The position numbers were made by a program, and so were the translations under genes. 64,000 bases of DNA. Source: Mollicutes bacterium. Its GTDB lineage: Bacteria; Bacillota_I; Bacilli_A; Mycoplasmatales; MT37. The notes beneath the pieces are model-generated. The model was given only the letters and a program-made list of their open reading frames with translations, had not been told where the DNA came from and did no database searches. This document shows, piece after piece, positions 33,320 to 46,439 of the stretch. The stretch is from the NCBI GenBank assembly GCA_029976705.1, contig JARVCM010000013.1, forward strand, positions 5,612 through 69,611. The letters are read 5' to 3'. The number at the start of each line of letters is the position of its first letter. The first letter of the stretch is position 1.

Positions 33320-35023
33320 TTAATTATTTTTTGTCAAAATGATTGGATGAACAAGAGGATGAATTTTTTTTTCTTGATAAATTAAATTCATTGCTAAATT
33401 ACGAATTTTTTCGCTTAATTTTTCTAAAGAAAACAAATATTTATCTAAATTTTCATTAATTTCTAAAATTACTGCTTCAGATAATTTTTGAGCAAAAAAA
33501 CTTTCGTTTTTTAAATAAAAACTACCACGCACAATAAATTTAGGCGATTGTCACAATTTCTTATTTTTTAAATCCACAAAAATAACAATAGCAATAATCC
33601 CGTTTTGTAACATTAGTTGACGCTCACTTAAAGTTTGCATTGATTCTTCAATTTGATAATCTTTACCAATATAAACTGGTTGTACTGGAAAATAATTACC
33701 CTTTCATGCTTGATGATTTTTTAAATAAATTTGATCACCATTACGACAAATAAAAACATTTTTGCGATCTATTCCTGTTTCAACAGCAGTTTGTCCATGA
33801 ATTTTTAACATGCGATATTCACCATGAATTGGCATAAAATAAGTTGGTTTTAATAGCGATAACATAATTTTTTGTTCTTCTTGACAAGCGTGACCTGAAG
33901 TGTGCAAACAATTAAATTCCGAACTAACTTGCACTTCTACACCTTTTTTTTTCAGTTTATTAATGATATTTTCTAAAGCAAAAGCGTTACCAGGAATAGG
34001 GCGCGAAGAAAAAATAATTAAATCTTGTTCATTACCTTCAATTAAAGCATGATTAGAACAAGCAATTTTACTTACTACAGAAGTAGGTTCTCCTTGTGAA
34101 CCAGTACAAATAACAACTACTTTTTCTGGAGGATACTTTTTCACTTCCTCTTCTTTAAGAAAAAGATTTTTATTTAAGTCAAAATATTTTTTTTTACAAA
34201 CAATATCAACAATATTTTTAATCGCTTTACCTAAAATTAAAACTTTTTTTTGCAATTTTTGACTGAGCATAATAATTCAAAAAATACGATTAAAATTAGA
34301 AGCAAAAGTAGTAATTAAAATTCTTTTTTTGGTATTTTTAATTAAAAATTCAATGTTTTTCAAAACTTCTTTTTCACTAACTGTATAACCACTTACTTCT
34401 GAATTGGTTGAATCAGAAAGAAGTAGGTCCACTCCTTGATTGCCCATTTGACTAATTTTATGCAACGAAGTTTTCTTATTTAACGGTGTTCAATCTAATT
34501 TAAAATCACCAGTTGTAGCAATGATGCCATCCGGTGTTTGAATAAAAATACCAAAAGAATTCGGCACAGAATGAGTTACAGCAAAAAAAGTAACCACAAA
34601 ATGACCAATTTTTACTTTTGTGTCTTCATTAAATTCAATGATTGCTGGTGATGAAAGATGTTTTTTTAATTTTAATTTAATTAAATCGCTCGCTAAAAGC
34701 GGACTATAAATTTTAGGAATTGAGACTTTTTTTAACAAAAAAGGAATACCACCAATATGATCTTCGTGTCCGTGAGTGATAAAAAGTGCTTTAATTTTGT
34801 GTTGATTAATAATTAAATATTGGTAATCAGGAATAATTATTTCCACTCCTAATAAAGATTTTTCCGGAAATTTCAATCCAGCATCAATAATTATTATTTC
34901 ATCTCCGTATTCAATGCAATAGGTATTTTTACCAATTTCTTCTAGTCCGCCCAAAGCAAAAACTTTTGTAAAAATGTTTGAATTAGAAAAAGTTTTTTTT
35001 TCTTGTGAATTATTTATCATCAA
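33320..35023 (-). CDS. rnj: ribonuclease J
   Basis: Metallo-beta-lactamase HGHEDHIGG motif and beta-CASP region. Four track pieces join in frame through TGA. 567 aa. Confidence 0.92.
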
Positions 35024-35233
35024 AAAATTAAAAAAGAAAATTTATTAAAGCACAAAATATTGTTTAAAAATTAAATAAATGGAAGCATTGCTGGCAAAAT
35101 AAAGAAAATAAAGAAGTTAAATTGTTCACATAATTATAGCATTAATAACAATCACAGAAAAAATAAAATAGTTTAAAATAGTATTAATCATTTAAAAAGA
35201 TTAATAAAAACAGTTTATTTTTAATAAAAAATT

Positions 35234-36403
35234 ATGCGAATAATTCATGGTAAATATAAATACCGTAAAATTGACTTCATCAAACATTTGAAGTTTAGTC
35301 CAATCAATAGCGCGATTCGCGAAAGTATTTTTAATGTTTTAAAAAATTATTTAAATTGAGAAAAAACTAAAATATGTGATTTATTCGCTGGTTCAGGCAT
35401 TTTAGGATTAGAAGCACTTTCATGAGGAGGAAATTTTTGTTTTTTTAATGACATTGATCAAAAAAGTTGTGATATTCTAAAAAAAAATCTACAAAAAATG
35501 AAAATTAATAGCAATTTAAGCAAAATTTTTACAACTTCTTATTCCCAATTTATTGCTCAATTAAAAAAAAATAAAGAACTTTTAGATTTGATTTTTATTG
35601 ATCCACCTTATCAAAAAAAGCACCTTGTAAGGGAAAGCGTCCAGGAGGTAATCAAACAATCTGTTTTAAACAATAACGCTATTTTAGTTGCTAAAACTAA
35701 ACAAGAAAAAATTGACATTTCAACTCAAAAAGAAATATACCTTTTAAAAACAAAAAAATATGGTGATCATTATGTTCACTTTTGACAATTTAATTCTGAC
35801 AAAAAACAACCAGAAATAATAATAAAAAATAATAAATTAATTATTATATCTGGCCCTAGCGGAGTAGGCAAAAAAACAGTTATTACACGCCTATTAAATG
35901 AAGCCAAATTAAATTTGACATATTCCGTTTCGTTAACAACACGCGCTCCACGAAAAAACGAAAAAGATGGTCTTGATTATTACTTTATTAACAACGAAGA
36001 ATTTGAAAAAGAAATTGCTGATAACAATTTCATTGAATACGCTAAATATATTGATAAATATTACGGAACGTCAAAAACATACGTACAAAGATTACTTAAT
36101 CAAGAAAAAAATGTTATTTTAGAAATTGAAATCATCGGGGCAATCAAAGTCAAAAAAAAATTCCCCAAAGCGATTTGAATTTTTCTATTACCACCTACTT
36201 TTGATGATTTAAAAAAAAGAATTGAAAAAAGAAACACAGAAAATCCGGTGGAAATTGAAAAAAGATTTCAAAAAGCTAAAGAAGAGATTAATTGAGTAAC
36301 CGGGGATAATTTATGTGATCATTTTGTGATTAACGATAAAATTGAAGAAACAATCACAGAAATAAAAAAAATTCTAGAAAAACAGGTAAAAATTCATGAC
36401 TAA
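35234..36403 (+). CDS. fused 16S rRNA m2G966 methyltransferase RsmD / guanylate kinase
   Basis: RsmD part: [25 protein letters not shown] single TGA (35783-35785) falls exactly where RsmD normally ends, then 24 codons lead into Gmk ([35 protein letters not shown]). There is no ATG/GTG/TTG for an independent gmk start. Confidence 0.7.
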
Positions 36404-37109
36404 AATTCAAATTTATTTCAAAAGCATTGCTGGTAAAGAAAAAAAACAAAATCAAGATTTTTATTTTTGAAAAAAAAATGTTCATCAACAAATTCTTTTA
36501 GGAATTGCTGACGGTGTTGGTTCATATGAAAATTCCTATTCGCTAGGAAAAATTGTATCTCAAATTCTTCAAAAAAATTTTATTGAACAAAATTTTGAAA
36601 ACCTTACTAAAGAACAAGTAAAAAACTGATTAAAAAATATTATTGAAATCAAAATTCATAAAGAAATCAAAAAAATTTCGGAAAAAGCGGCAACCACCCT
36701 AAGTATTGTTATTTTGGATGAAAACAAAAGCTATTTGTGTCATATTGGCAATACCCGTATTTATCAATTTGATAAAGCGCGAAACAAAACTTTTTGTTTA
36801 ACTCAAGACCATGAATTTCACAAACAATCTGAAGATACTTTTTCATGAATGAAGGGAGAGAAATTTTTAACCAATTCTATTTCTAACACTAGTAATTGTT
36901 ACATTGATGTGGAAGAAATACAATTGAAGCCAGGATATTTAATTTTAACCACTGATGGCATGCATGATTTTATTGATCAACATTTTATTTATCAAACATT
37001 AAGCAATAAAGAATATACAGAAAAAGAAAAAATTGAATTATTATTTGAAAAAAGTCGTTTTGCTGGTTCTTTGGACGACATAACTTGTCTGTTAGCAAAA
37101 ATTAACTAA
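36396..37109 (+). CDS. prpC: PP2C-family Ser/Thr phosphatase
   Basis: GIADGVGS, TTLSIVILDE, HIGNTRIY, and LTTDGMHD .. DDITCLL motifs. Located upstream of the kinase as in prpC-prkC operons. Confidence 0.82.
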
Positions 37110-37114
37110 TCATA

Positions 37115-38143
37115 ATGGATACTAATTTAGGAAAAATTCTCAAAGAACGTTATAAAATTAAAGAAAAAAAATCTACGGGCGGGATGTCCAATATTTATCT
37201 TGCTGAAGATTTGGTTTTAAATCGACATGTTATTTTAAAAATTCTTTATAAAAATCTTTTTAACAATAAAAAAAACGAAGACATTTTTATTAATGAAATT
37301 AAAATTACTGCCAAATTAAAACACAAAAACATCGTCAAGTTATTTGATTATTTTATTTTTGATGGACATTTGTGTTTAGTTTTAGAGCAAATTGAAGGAA
37401 AAAACTTAAGAATTTTGTTAAATACTAAAAAAACATTAGGCGAAAATCAAACCATCAATATTGTTTTACAAATTTTAGACGCTTTGGTTTTGGCAGAAAG
37501 AAATAAAATTGTTCATCGCGATATTAAACCTGAAAATATTTTAATTATTCAAAATAAAAAAGTTAAAATTCTTGATTTTGGTGTCTCAGTAGATAAGCAC
37601 TTTCCTAGTGATATTTTTAAATCAAAAATTATTGGTAGTATCAAATATATTAGTCCGGAAATTATTGCTAATCAAGAAGTTAATGCTCAAAGTGATTTAT
37701 ATTCTTTAGGAATTATGATGTTTGAAATGTTAGTTGGACAATCGCCATTTATTGCTAAAAATTATGTACTATTAATTAAAAAACACCTTTATGAAGAAGT
37801 TCCGCGTATTAAAAATTACGAACCTAAAATTAGTCAACAAATGGAAAATATTATTATTAAAGCAACGGCAAAAAACCTTGATGAACGCTATAACAAAGCA
37901 GAAACTATGATTCAAGATTTAAAAAAATGTTTAGAAGAAGAAACAAAAAATTTAAAACCATTATTTTTAAAAGAAAAAGTATTTAAGAAAGAAATTATTA
38001 ATCCTGTCTTTAAACAACAATTTAAAAAAGAAACAAATTTTTTCTGATTAAATAAAAAAAAATTAATCGCTTTTATTTTTGTAGAATGAATTATTTTTAT
38101 TATTTTAATTATTAAATTAATCATTAATTGATGAAAAAATTAG
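37115..38143 (+). CDS. prkC: Hanks-type Ser/Thr protein kinase with C-terminal TM and no PASTA domains
   Basis: GGMSNIYLA, HRDIKPENIL, DFG and SPE motifs. After TGA 38048 the frame continues through the TM LIAFIFVEWIIFIILIIKLII to TAG at 38141-38143. Confidence 0.87.
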
Positions 38144-39012
38144 TTAAAGGGCAAGTTATTCAGTGTACAAGAGATCTTTGTACTGTTCAAATTTTTGAAA
38201 CAAAAAAATTAATTCTTGCCAAAAGTACAGGCAATCTCAAATATCAAAAAGTTTCAATTATTATCGGCGATATAGTGGAAGTTATTTGGCAAGAAGATAA
38301 TAATGTAAATGTAATAAGCAAAAGATTTAAAAGAAAAAATAAATTGGAAAGACCTAAAATTGCCAATGTTGAAGCAAGCTTTATTGTTACTAGTGTAAAA
38401 GAACCAAAATTAGATTTTATTTTCTTAATTAAAGTAATTATTTGAATTCAAATTCAAACTGATATCAAACCTATTTTAATTTTTACCAAAACAGACCTCA
38501 TTCAAGACAAAGACAAAGAAATATTAAAACAAATTCAGTTATATACAAAAAATTATCAAACGATTTTGATCAATTATTTCCAACAAACAAAAATTAACAA
38601 ATTACAGCAATTAATTCAAAAAACAAGTGTTTTTTTAGGTCGCTCTGGCGTTGGTAAAAGCACTTTGTTGAATCTTTTAAATCCCAAATTAAATTTAAAA
38701 ACTAAGGCGGTTTCGTTTAAATCTAAACTCGGAACCCACCAAACTAGTCTAAGCCAATATCTTTACATCAACAACCAATTAGTAGCTGATACACCAGGAT
38801 TTAACAAAATAACTTTATCAGGTATTAGCAAATTGGAATTATTAAATAATTTCCCTTTTTTTTCTAATCAAAAAAAGGAGAAATGCCATTTTCAACCTTG
38901 TTTTCACGATCACGAACCTAAATGTGCTATTAAAAAACAATGAATAAATGAAATTAATAAAAAACCTTTTTTAGATCTATGACAAAAACTAATTAAAGAA
39001 GTAGAAGAATAA
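38131..39012 (+). CDS. rsgA: ribosome small-subunit biogenesis GTPase RsgA
   Basis: Circularly permuted GTPase: FTKTDL .. GRSGVGKSTLLN .. DTPGF, plus a C-terminal Cys/His zinc motif CHFQPCFHDHEPKC. Confidence 0.87.
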
Positions 39013-39067
39013 ATAATTTTGTTTCTGAAAAGAAAAATATTTTATTAACATTTATTCTAAAAAAATA

Positions 39068-40087
39068 TTAATTAGTTAGAATTTCATATCCAGTTTTAGT
39101 AACTAAAATAACATCTTCAATTCTAATTCCGCCTAAATTAGATAAATAAATACCAGGTTCAATTGTAAAAACCATTCCTGGTTGCAAAACTAAATCGTTT
39201 TGTTGAGAAATAATGAGTTTTTCATGAACCTCCAAGCCAATTCCGTGTCCTAAGGCATGTTTTAATTCTAAATTATTTTCAAGATAAATTTCATCAGCAA
39301 TCAATGCTAATTCACTCACTTTAACTCCTGGTTTGATGTGTGAAATTACTTTTTTATGCACTTTTTCTACAATTTGGAAATAAGAATTTAACTTACTTTG
39401 TGGATTTAAAATTAAAGTACGAGTAAAATCTGAACAATATCCGTTTCATTTACCGCCAAAATCACAAAGTAAATTTTCTTTAATTAATTCTTTAGTGGCA
39501 CTAGTATGAATAAAGGCGGATCTTTTATCACTACTAACAATTGGCAAAAAAGATAGTTCATTTACTTCATTTTGTAAAAATTGATTAATAATAAATCTTT
39601 CAACTTCTTTTTCAGTTTTAGGTTCCTGCACAAAAAGCACAACTTTTTGTCAAATTTGTTTTGTTAAATGACAAATTTTACGAAGATGAGAAATTTCTGA
39701 AGCGCTTTTAATCATTCGTAAATTTGCTAAAGAAAAAGGAGTCAAGTCAATATTTTTATTTATTTTGGCAAGTTTTTGAAAAAATAAATGAGTAACAGCG
39801 TCTTCAAATCCAACTTTACCATTTAATTTTCGTAAAAAAACAGTAAAATTTTCCAATTTTTCAAGATCACAATTTTTCACTTTAACTTGCGCTTCGGTAA
39901 AATAACGTGCATCAAGAAAAAGTTTAGGTTTCATTCAATGTTTAGATAACAAAATAAAACCTGAACTGGTTTGAAAATTTGTTAATCATTGTCGCGAAAC
40001 ATTTTCTGTAAGTAAAATATAATCTAAATTATTATTCTTTCAAAAATTAGAAGTAAAAAGTTTACTTTTATTTTCTGGTATATTCAT
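39068..40087 (-). CDS. pepP: Xaa-Pro aminopeptidase (M24B)
   Basis: GHGIGLEVHE, FTIEPGIY and IRIEDVILVT motifs. Pieces join in frame from ATG 40087. Confidence 0.85.
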
Positions 40088-40988
40088 AATTATCTCAATT
40101 AATTCCTAATTTTTGTAATATTTTCACATCTTGAAATCATTTTTCAGAAACTTTAATTTGTAAAAAAATAGAAACCTTTTTTTTTCAAATTTTTATTAAT
40201 AATTCCTGACTTTTTAAACGAATTTGTCTTACTCTTTCTCCGTTTTTACCAATAACAATTGCTTTTTGAGAACTACTTCCAACCAATAATGTAAAAAAAA
40301 GACTTGTATTTTGTTTGTTTTGAAAAAAGCGTTCTTTTAACAATGCTGTTTGATGGGGAATTTCATCTTTTATTTGAAGTAAAATTTGTTCACGAATAAT
40401 TTCGCTAGCAATTTCAGACAAAGTGTTTAAAGAGAAGTTAGGAATGTTTTTTTGAACCGAAAATGAGGGAAGATATTTTTCAGTTGCTTTTATTAAGTTG
40501 TGAAAATTAATCTTTTTTTTTGCCGAAAGAGGAACAACTTCATTAAATGGAAATTTTGAAGAAAAATTTTGAATATGTTTTAATAAAATGTTTTTTTCAA
40601 TTAGATCAACTTTATTCAATAAAAGTAAAACTGGTTTTTTGGTATTTTCTAAAACTTTAGCTAAAATTTGATTATCTTTTTTTCATTGATCTTCACAACT
40701 AATCATTCATCAAATAACATCACTAATTTCCACAATTTTCAAAATATTTTGAAAAATTAAACGGTCTAAAACCGTTTTGACTTGACAAACACCCGGAGCA
40801 TCTAAAATTAAAAAAGAATTAGTATCAGTTTTATAAATACCGTTTAAGGGTGTTCGGGTGGTATTCACTCTATTTGAAACAGCAGCAATCTTTTTACCAA
40901 TAAAGTTATTTAAAAGTGTTGACTTACCCGAATTAGTACGACCGATCAAACCAATCAAAGTAAACTTATTCAATAATACAACCCTCAA
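40068..40988 (-). CDS. era: GTPase Era
   Basis: GRTNSGKSTLLN, DAPG, NKVD and a KH domain (VIGKNGERVRQI). TTG start. The TGA at 40185 reads through to TAA at 40068-40070, overlapping pepP by 20 nt. Confidence 0.85.
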
Positions 40989-41163
40989 TTATTTTATAAT
41001 TTAAATGTTTGATAACAATTTACAAAAAAAATGTCAACTAAATATAAAGTCTATCACATTTATTTATCAACAAAAAACCAACAAGTTAAACTATAATAAA
41101 TAAAAAATAATATTCAAATAGAAATAGAAAAAATTACTTGTCAATGTTAAAATAAAAGAAATT

Positions 41164-41583
41164 GTGAAAAATAAATTAAATTGTTCTAAATACGAATTGA
41201 TGTATATTGTTGACGAAAGTATCGTTGATTTAAAAAGTATTGAAAAAAAAATTATTGATATTTTAGAACTAGAAAAATGTGAAAGTAAAGATTTAGGCAA
41301 AAAAAAATTTTCCTATCCTATTTTAAAAAAAACAGTTGGAAATTATGTTTTATTAAATTTTGAAGTAGAAAGAATAAAAATACCATTACTGAAAGAAAAA
41401 ATGAAATGATTTAAAGAAATATTGCGTTTTTTAATCGTTAACCTGGATAATGAAAAACATTTTCGACATCCTAAAAGAAAAAAAACATTTTCTCATGATT
41501 TTAAAAGTTCCAAAGATTTTAAAACCGGTGACAAAAAAGTTAAGAATAATATTTCATTTAAAATTAAAACAACAAATAGTTAA
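41164..41583 (+). CDS. rpsF: 30S ribosomal protein S6
   Basis: KYELMYIVDES .. KDLGKKKFSYPI .. GNYVLLNFE pattern. The GTG start is uncertain. Confidence 0.75.
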
Positions 41584-41684
41584 ACAAATCAAAAAAATAA
41601 TAATAAGTTATTGATAAAAAGTAAAACAATAAAATAAAATGTATTATAGTAAAATCTATAAACAAGAAACAAAGCAAAAAATTG

Positions 41685-42695
41685 ATGAAAATTAATTGAA
41701 CAAATAAAAATAAGCCGTTGCTTTTAGGTCTTTCTACAGCTACTCAATGAATAGAAAAGATAGCTCAAGAATTAAGTTTATCATTCCATTATTTGCCTAA
41801 GAAAATTTTTGCTGACCAAGAAATTTTAGTAGAAATCCCCGTTTCTGTTCGTAATCAAAATGTTTTTCTTTGTCAATCTATTTCTCGCCCTGCTAACGAT
41901 ACACTGATGGAACTTTTAATCGCTATTGATGCTTTAAATCGTGCTTCTGCAAAATCTATTACTTTAATTATTCCTTATTTTGGCTATGCTCGACAAGATC
42001 GTAAAGCTCAAGGTAGAGAACCAATTACAGCAAAATTAATTGCCAATATGTTAACTTTTTTGAAAGTGGCAAGAATTGTAACTTTTGATTTACACTCATC
42101 ACAAATTCAAGGTTTTTTCGATATTCCTGTTGATCATTTAAGTGTTTTACCGCAATTAATTTTACGTTTATTAACAAAAAATCAAATTAAAAACTATGTT
42201 TTAGTCGCTCCTGATAGCGGAGGTTATCAAAGAGTCAAAAAAATTAGCGAATATTTACAAAGTGATGTTGCTGTTATGAATAAAAAACGCCCAAATAAAA
42301 ATCAAACACAAGTTAATTTTATTCTTGGCAATGTTTTTAATAAAAATTTAATTTTTGTTGATGACATGATTGATACTAGTGATACTTTAATCAATTCGTT
42401 GGAATATTTACAAAAAAAGGGAGCAAAAAAAATGTATGTTGTTGCTACACATGCTGTTTTTAGTAACGGCGCTTTAGATAAATTAAACACTTTATATCAA
42501 AAAGGTTGATTAAAAAAAGTAATAGTTAGTAATTCAATTTTAATAAAAGAACAAAAAAAATATTCTTTTTTAGAAATTTATTCTCTTTCACATGATATTA
42601 GTAATATCGTTAAAGCAATTATTGAAGGTGGATCTATTTCAGAATACGGCAAAAAACAATTTAAAATGCTTGAAAATTATAAAACAAATGAATAA
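41685..42695 (+). CDS. prs: ribose-phosphate pyrophosphokinase
   Basis: IPYFGYARQDRK, DLHSSQIQGFF and VDDMIDTSDTL motifs. Confidence 0.92.
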
Positions 42696-44550
42696 ATTAA
42701 TACTGGTTGGTTTAGGAAATGATGATTCAAGTTATCAAAAAACAAGACATAATGTTGGCGTTATGTTTTTAGATTTTTTAGCAATAAAAAATGATTCTAA
42801 ATGAATAAACAGCGCTAATTGTTGATGAACAACAATTATTATTGATGACAAAAAATTAACTTTAATTAAACTTCATGCATGAATGAACGTTTCAGGGGTA
42901 GTGTTAAAGAAAGTCTTAACTAAATTAAACTTAGAATTATCAGAAACTTTTATTTGCGTTGATAACATTGATTTATCATTTGGAAAAATCAAACTAGGTA
43001 GTTATTTACCAAATAATGGTCACAAGGGTATTAAAAATATTCGTGATATTTTTCGTACCAAAAACATTGCTACCTTACATATTGGTGTAGATAAAAATAT
43101 TCCTGTAGATAGTTGAGTGCTAAGTGAATTTTCCATAACAGAACAAGAAAAACTACAAGAACAGACTTTTCCTCAATTAACAAAAAGACTGTTAAAAAGT
43201 TATCAAAACAGTACCGACAAGGAAATTTTAATAAATAACTTTCATAAACAAGGAAAAACACAAAAATCAAAACATCGCCATCTAGCAATTGTAGGCGGAC
43301 AATGAGGTGATGAAGGGAAAGGTAAAATTGTTGATTATTTTGCCACACAAAATTATCCAATTGTTGCCCGTTTTTCTGGCGGTGATAATGCCGGCCATAC
43401 AATTAAAATTCAAAAAAAAACATATCAATTTTCTATTTTGCCAGTATCTATAATTCAACCCGAGGTTGTTTCTATTATTGGGCGTGGATGTTTAATCAAT
43501 CTGAAAAAATTAGTAGAAGAATTAGAAAATTTACAAAAAAATCAAAATAAAATTAATTTACAAATTTCACCATTTGCTCATGTCGTTTTGCCTTATCATT
43601 TATTAATGGACGAATTGCAAGAACAAAAACGCCAAAAAAATAAAATTGGCACAACTAAACGTGGAATTGGTCCTTGTTTGGAAGATAAAGCGGGAAGATT
43701 TGGCATCCAAATACTGGATTTGTTTGATGTGAATAATTTCACAAAAAAATTACAAGAAATTTTAGAAACCAAAAATGCTATTTTTACCAAAATTTACCAA
43801 CACACAGCATTAAAATGAAAAGATATCTTAAACGAACAACTAATGTTATTTACAAAAATTAAAAAGTATGTCACAAATGTTTGAGAATTTTGTCAAACCA
43901 ATCAAAAACAAGCTATTTTATTCGAAGGCGCTCAGGGAACATTATTAGATATTAATTTTGGAACATATCCTTTTGTCACTAGTTCATCAACAATTACTTG
44001 ACAAATCGGTAATAGTTTTGGTAATCTTTGTCATCAAACCAAATTTATGGGAGTTTTTAAAGCTTACTCTACTCGTGTAGGAGCAGGGCCAATATGAACT
44101 GAATTTTTAAATGAAAAAGAAATTGGTGAACAAATTGCCATAAAAGGTAATGAATTTGGCGTTGTAACCAAACGTAAACGACGTATTGGATGATTTGATG
44201 CTATATTTGCTCGTTATGCTTGTCAAGTAAATGGTTTTCATCAAATCGCTTTAACTATGTTAGATGTTTTGGGAGGTTTTGATAAAATTAAAATCTGTGT
44301 TGCGTATAAAAACAATGATCAAACAATGATCAGTTTTCCCTTTCAACAAAATTATGAAAAGTTAGATTGTGAATATATTGTTTTAAATGGATGAAAAGAA
44401 GATATTTCTCATATGACAAATTATCAAGAATTACCAATAAACGCCAAAAAATATGTTGAAAAAATTGAAGAACTTCTTAAAACTTCTATCACTTTAATTT
44501 CAGTTGGACCAGAAAGGAATCAGGTAATTTGAAAAAATCAAACAAAATAA
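42688..44550 (+). CDS. fused peptidyl-tRNA hydrolase / adenylosuccinate synthetase (620 aa)
   Basis: Pth part: [33 protein letters not shown] and DSWVLSEF. A roughly 35-aa linker follows, then PurA: [37 protein letters not shown] and KRKRRIGW. I read every codon across 43111-43440 and found no TAA/TAG and no plausible internal start. Confidence 0.8.
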
Positions 44551-44572
44551 ATATTTCAAATAAAAAATTAAA

Positions 44573-45874
44573 ATGATAAGAAGATACCAAAACAATAAGA
44601 TTAATAAAATTTGAAATCAAACAAACAAATTAAATACTTGGCTAAAAATAGAAATTTTAGTTTTACAATATTGACATCAATCTGCTTTATTTAATCATCA
44701 AACAATGTCAGCAATAAACAAATTAACTTGTAATTCAAAACGTTTAGAAGAAATCGAAAAAAACACAAATCATGAAATTTTTGCATTTGTGAATATGTTA
44801 ACAGAACAACTACCGTCAGAGCAAGGAAAATGAATTCATTATGGCCTTACTTCTAATGATATTTTAGATACAACGCAAAACTATTTATTAAAACAAAGTT
44901 GTGAAATAATTGTGCAAAAAATTGAAAATATCTTAGTAATTTTAAAAAAAACAGCTTACCAAGAAAAAAACACCATTAGCATTGGTAGAACTCACGGAAT
45001 GTTTGCTGAACCAATCACAATCGGATTTAAATTTGCCTTATGATTTTACGAATTACGCAATCATTTACGTAGAATTAATGAAGCAAAAAAAGAAATTAAT
45101 TATGTTAAAATTTTAGGACCAACAGGAATTAGTGCTCATTCTTCTTTAGAGTTAAATAAATTTGTTGGTAAAAAACTTGATATGAAGGCAACAAAAATTG
45201 CCAATCAAGTCATTTCTCGCGATCATTTAATTGCTGTTTTTAACACTTTGATAAATCTTGTTACTTCTATAGAAAAATCAGCAATTGAAATTCGTAATTT
45301 AAGTCGTAGTGAACTGAATGAAATCAGTGAAGGTTTCGGCAAAAAGCAAAAAGGTTCATCAGCAATGCCACATAAAAAAAATCCAATTTGAAGTGAAAAT
45401 ATTTGTGGTTTAGTTCGTTATTTACGCAATATGACGCAAAGTTTTTATCATACCAATTTACTTTGACATGAACGTGATTTATCTAATTCTTCCATTGAAA
45501 GAATAGCGATTCCTGATACTTTACATTTAACAATGACAATCTTGACCAGATGAGAAAAAGTTTTAACTAATTTACAAATTAATCATTCACAAATTAAAAT
45601 CAATTTAAAAAAAGAACCTGTTGCAGTTTTTAGTCATCGTATATTACTAACTTTAATTGCCAAGAGTAAATTAAATCGTCAAGAAGCTTATCAATTAGTT
45701 CAAAAAGCAAGTTTTGAAACCTTAAAAAACCAAACCAATTTTCAAGAAAATTTAAAAACATTAGGAATTTTGAATTATTTAACACCAAAACAGTTGCAAG
45801 ATTGTTTTAATTACGATAGTTTCATGAAAAATATTGACAACATTTTTCATGAAGTTTTCAACGAAAATGAATAA
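44573..45874 (+). CDS. purB: adenylosuccinate lyase
   Basis: HYGLTSNDILDT, GRTHGMFAEP and the signature GSSAMPHKKNP. Confidence 0.92.
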
Positions 45875-46439
45875 AGTAGCTATATTAAAAGAAATTATTT
45901 TTTCCAATAAATTAATTTTGGAAAAAATTAGTGAATATGCTAAAAAACTTAATAAAATTTATGCAAAAGAAAAATTAGTAATCATTAGTGTTTTAAATGG
46001 ATCGGTTTTCTTTACAACGCGATTGGCGTCGCTTTTAAAAATAGATTTAGAAATTGATTTTATTGCTGTTTCTTCATATAACGACAATAAAAAAAAAAGT
46101 AAAACCCATTTTTATAAAGAATTAAAAATTAACATCGCCAACAAAAACGTTTTGATCATAGAAGATATTATTGATTCAGGAAAAACAATTGGTTTGGTTT
46201 ATGAATTTTTAAAAAAATTAAATCCAAAACATATTCGTCTTTGTTCATTAATTATGAGTGGAAAAAATCGTAAAACAAATAATAATAATTTTACTTTTTC
46301 AATTGATCGCTTATTAACTTTAAATAATGACTCTTGAATTGTGGGGTTTGGAATTGATTTTCAAGAAAAATTTCGTAATTTAACAGATATTTATTCAATT
46401 CAATGATCAAAATCCAAAGAACTTATCAAAATCAAGTAG
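45867..46439 (+). CDS. hpt: hypoxanthine(-guanine) phosphoribosyltransferase, paralogue 1
   Basis: DFIAVSSY, the PRPP loop VLIIEDIIDSGKT, and IVGFGIDFQEKFRNL. Its start overlaps the purB stop (atgaataa). Confidence 0.82.
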
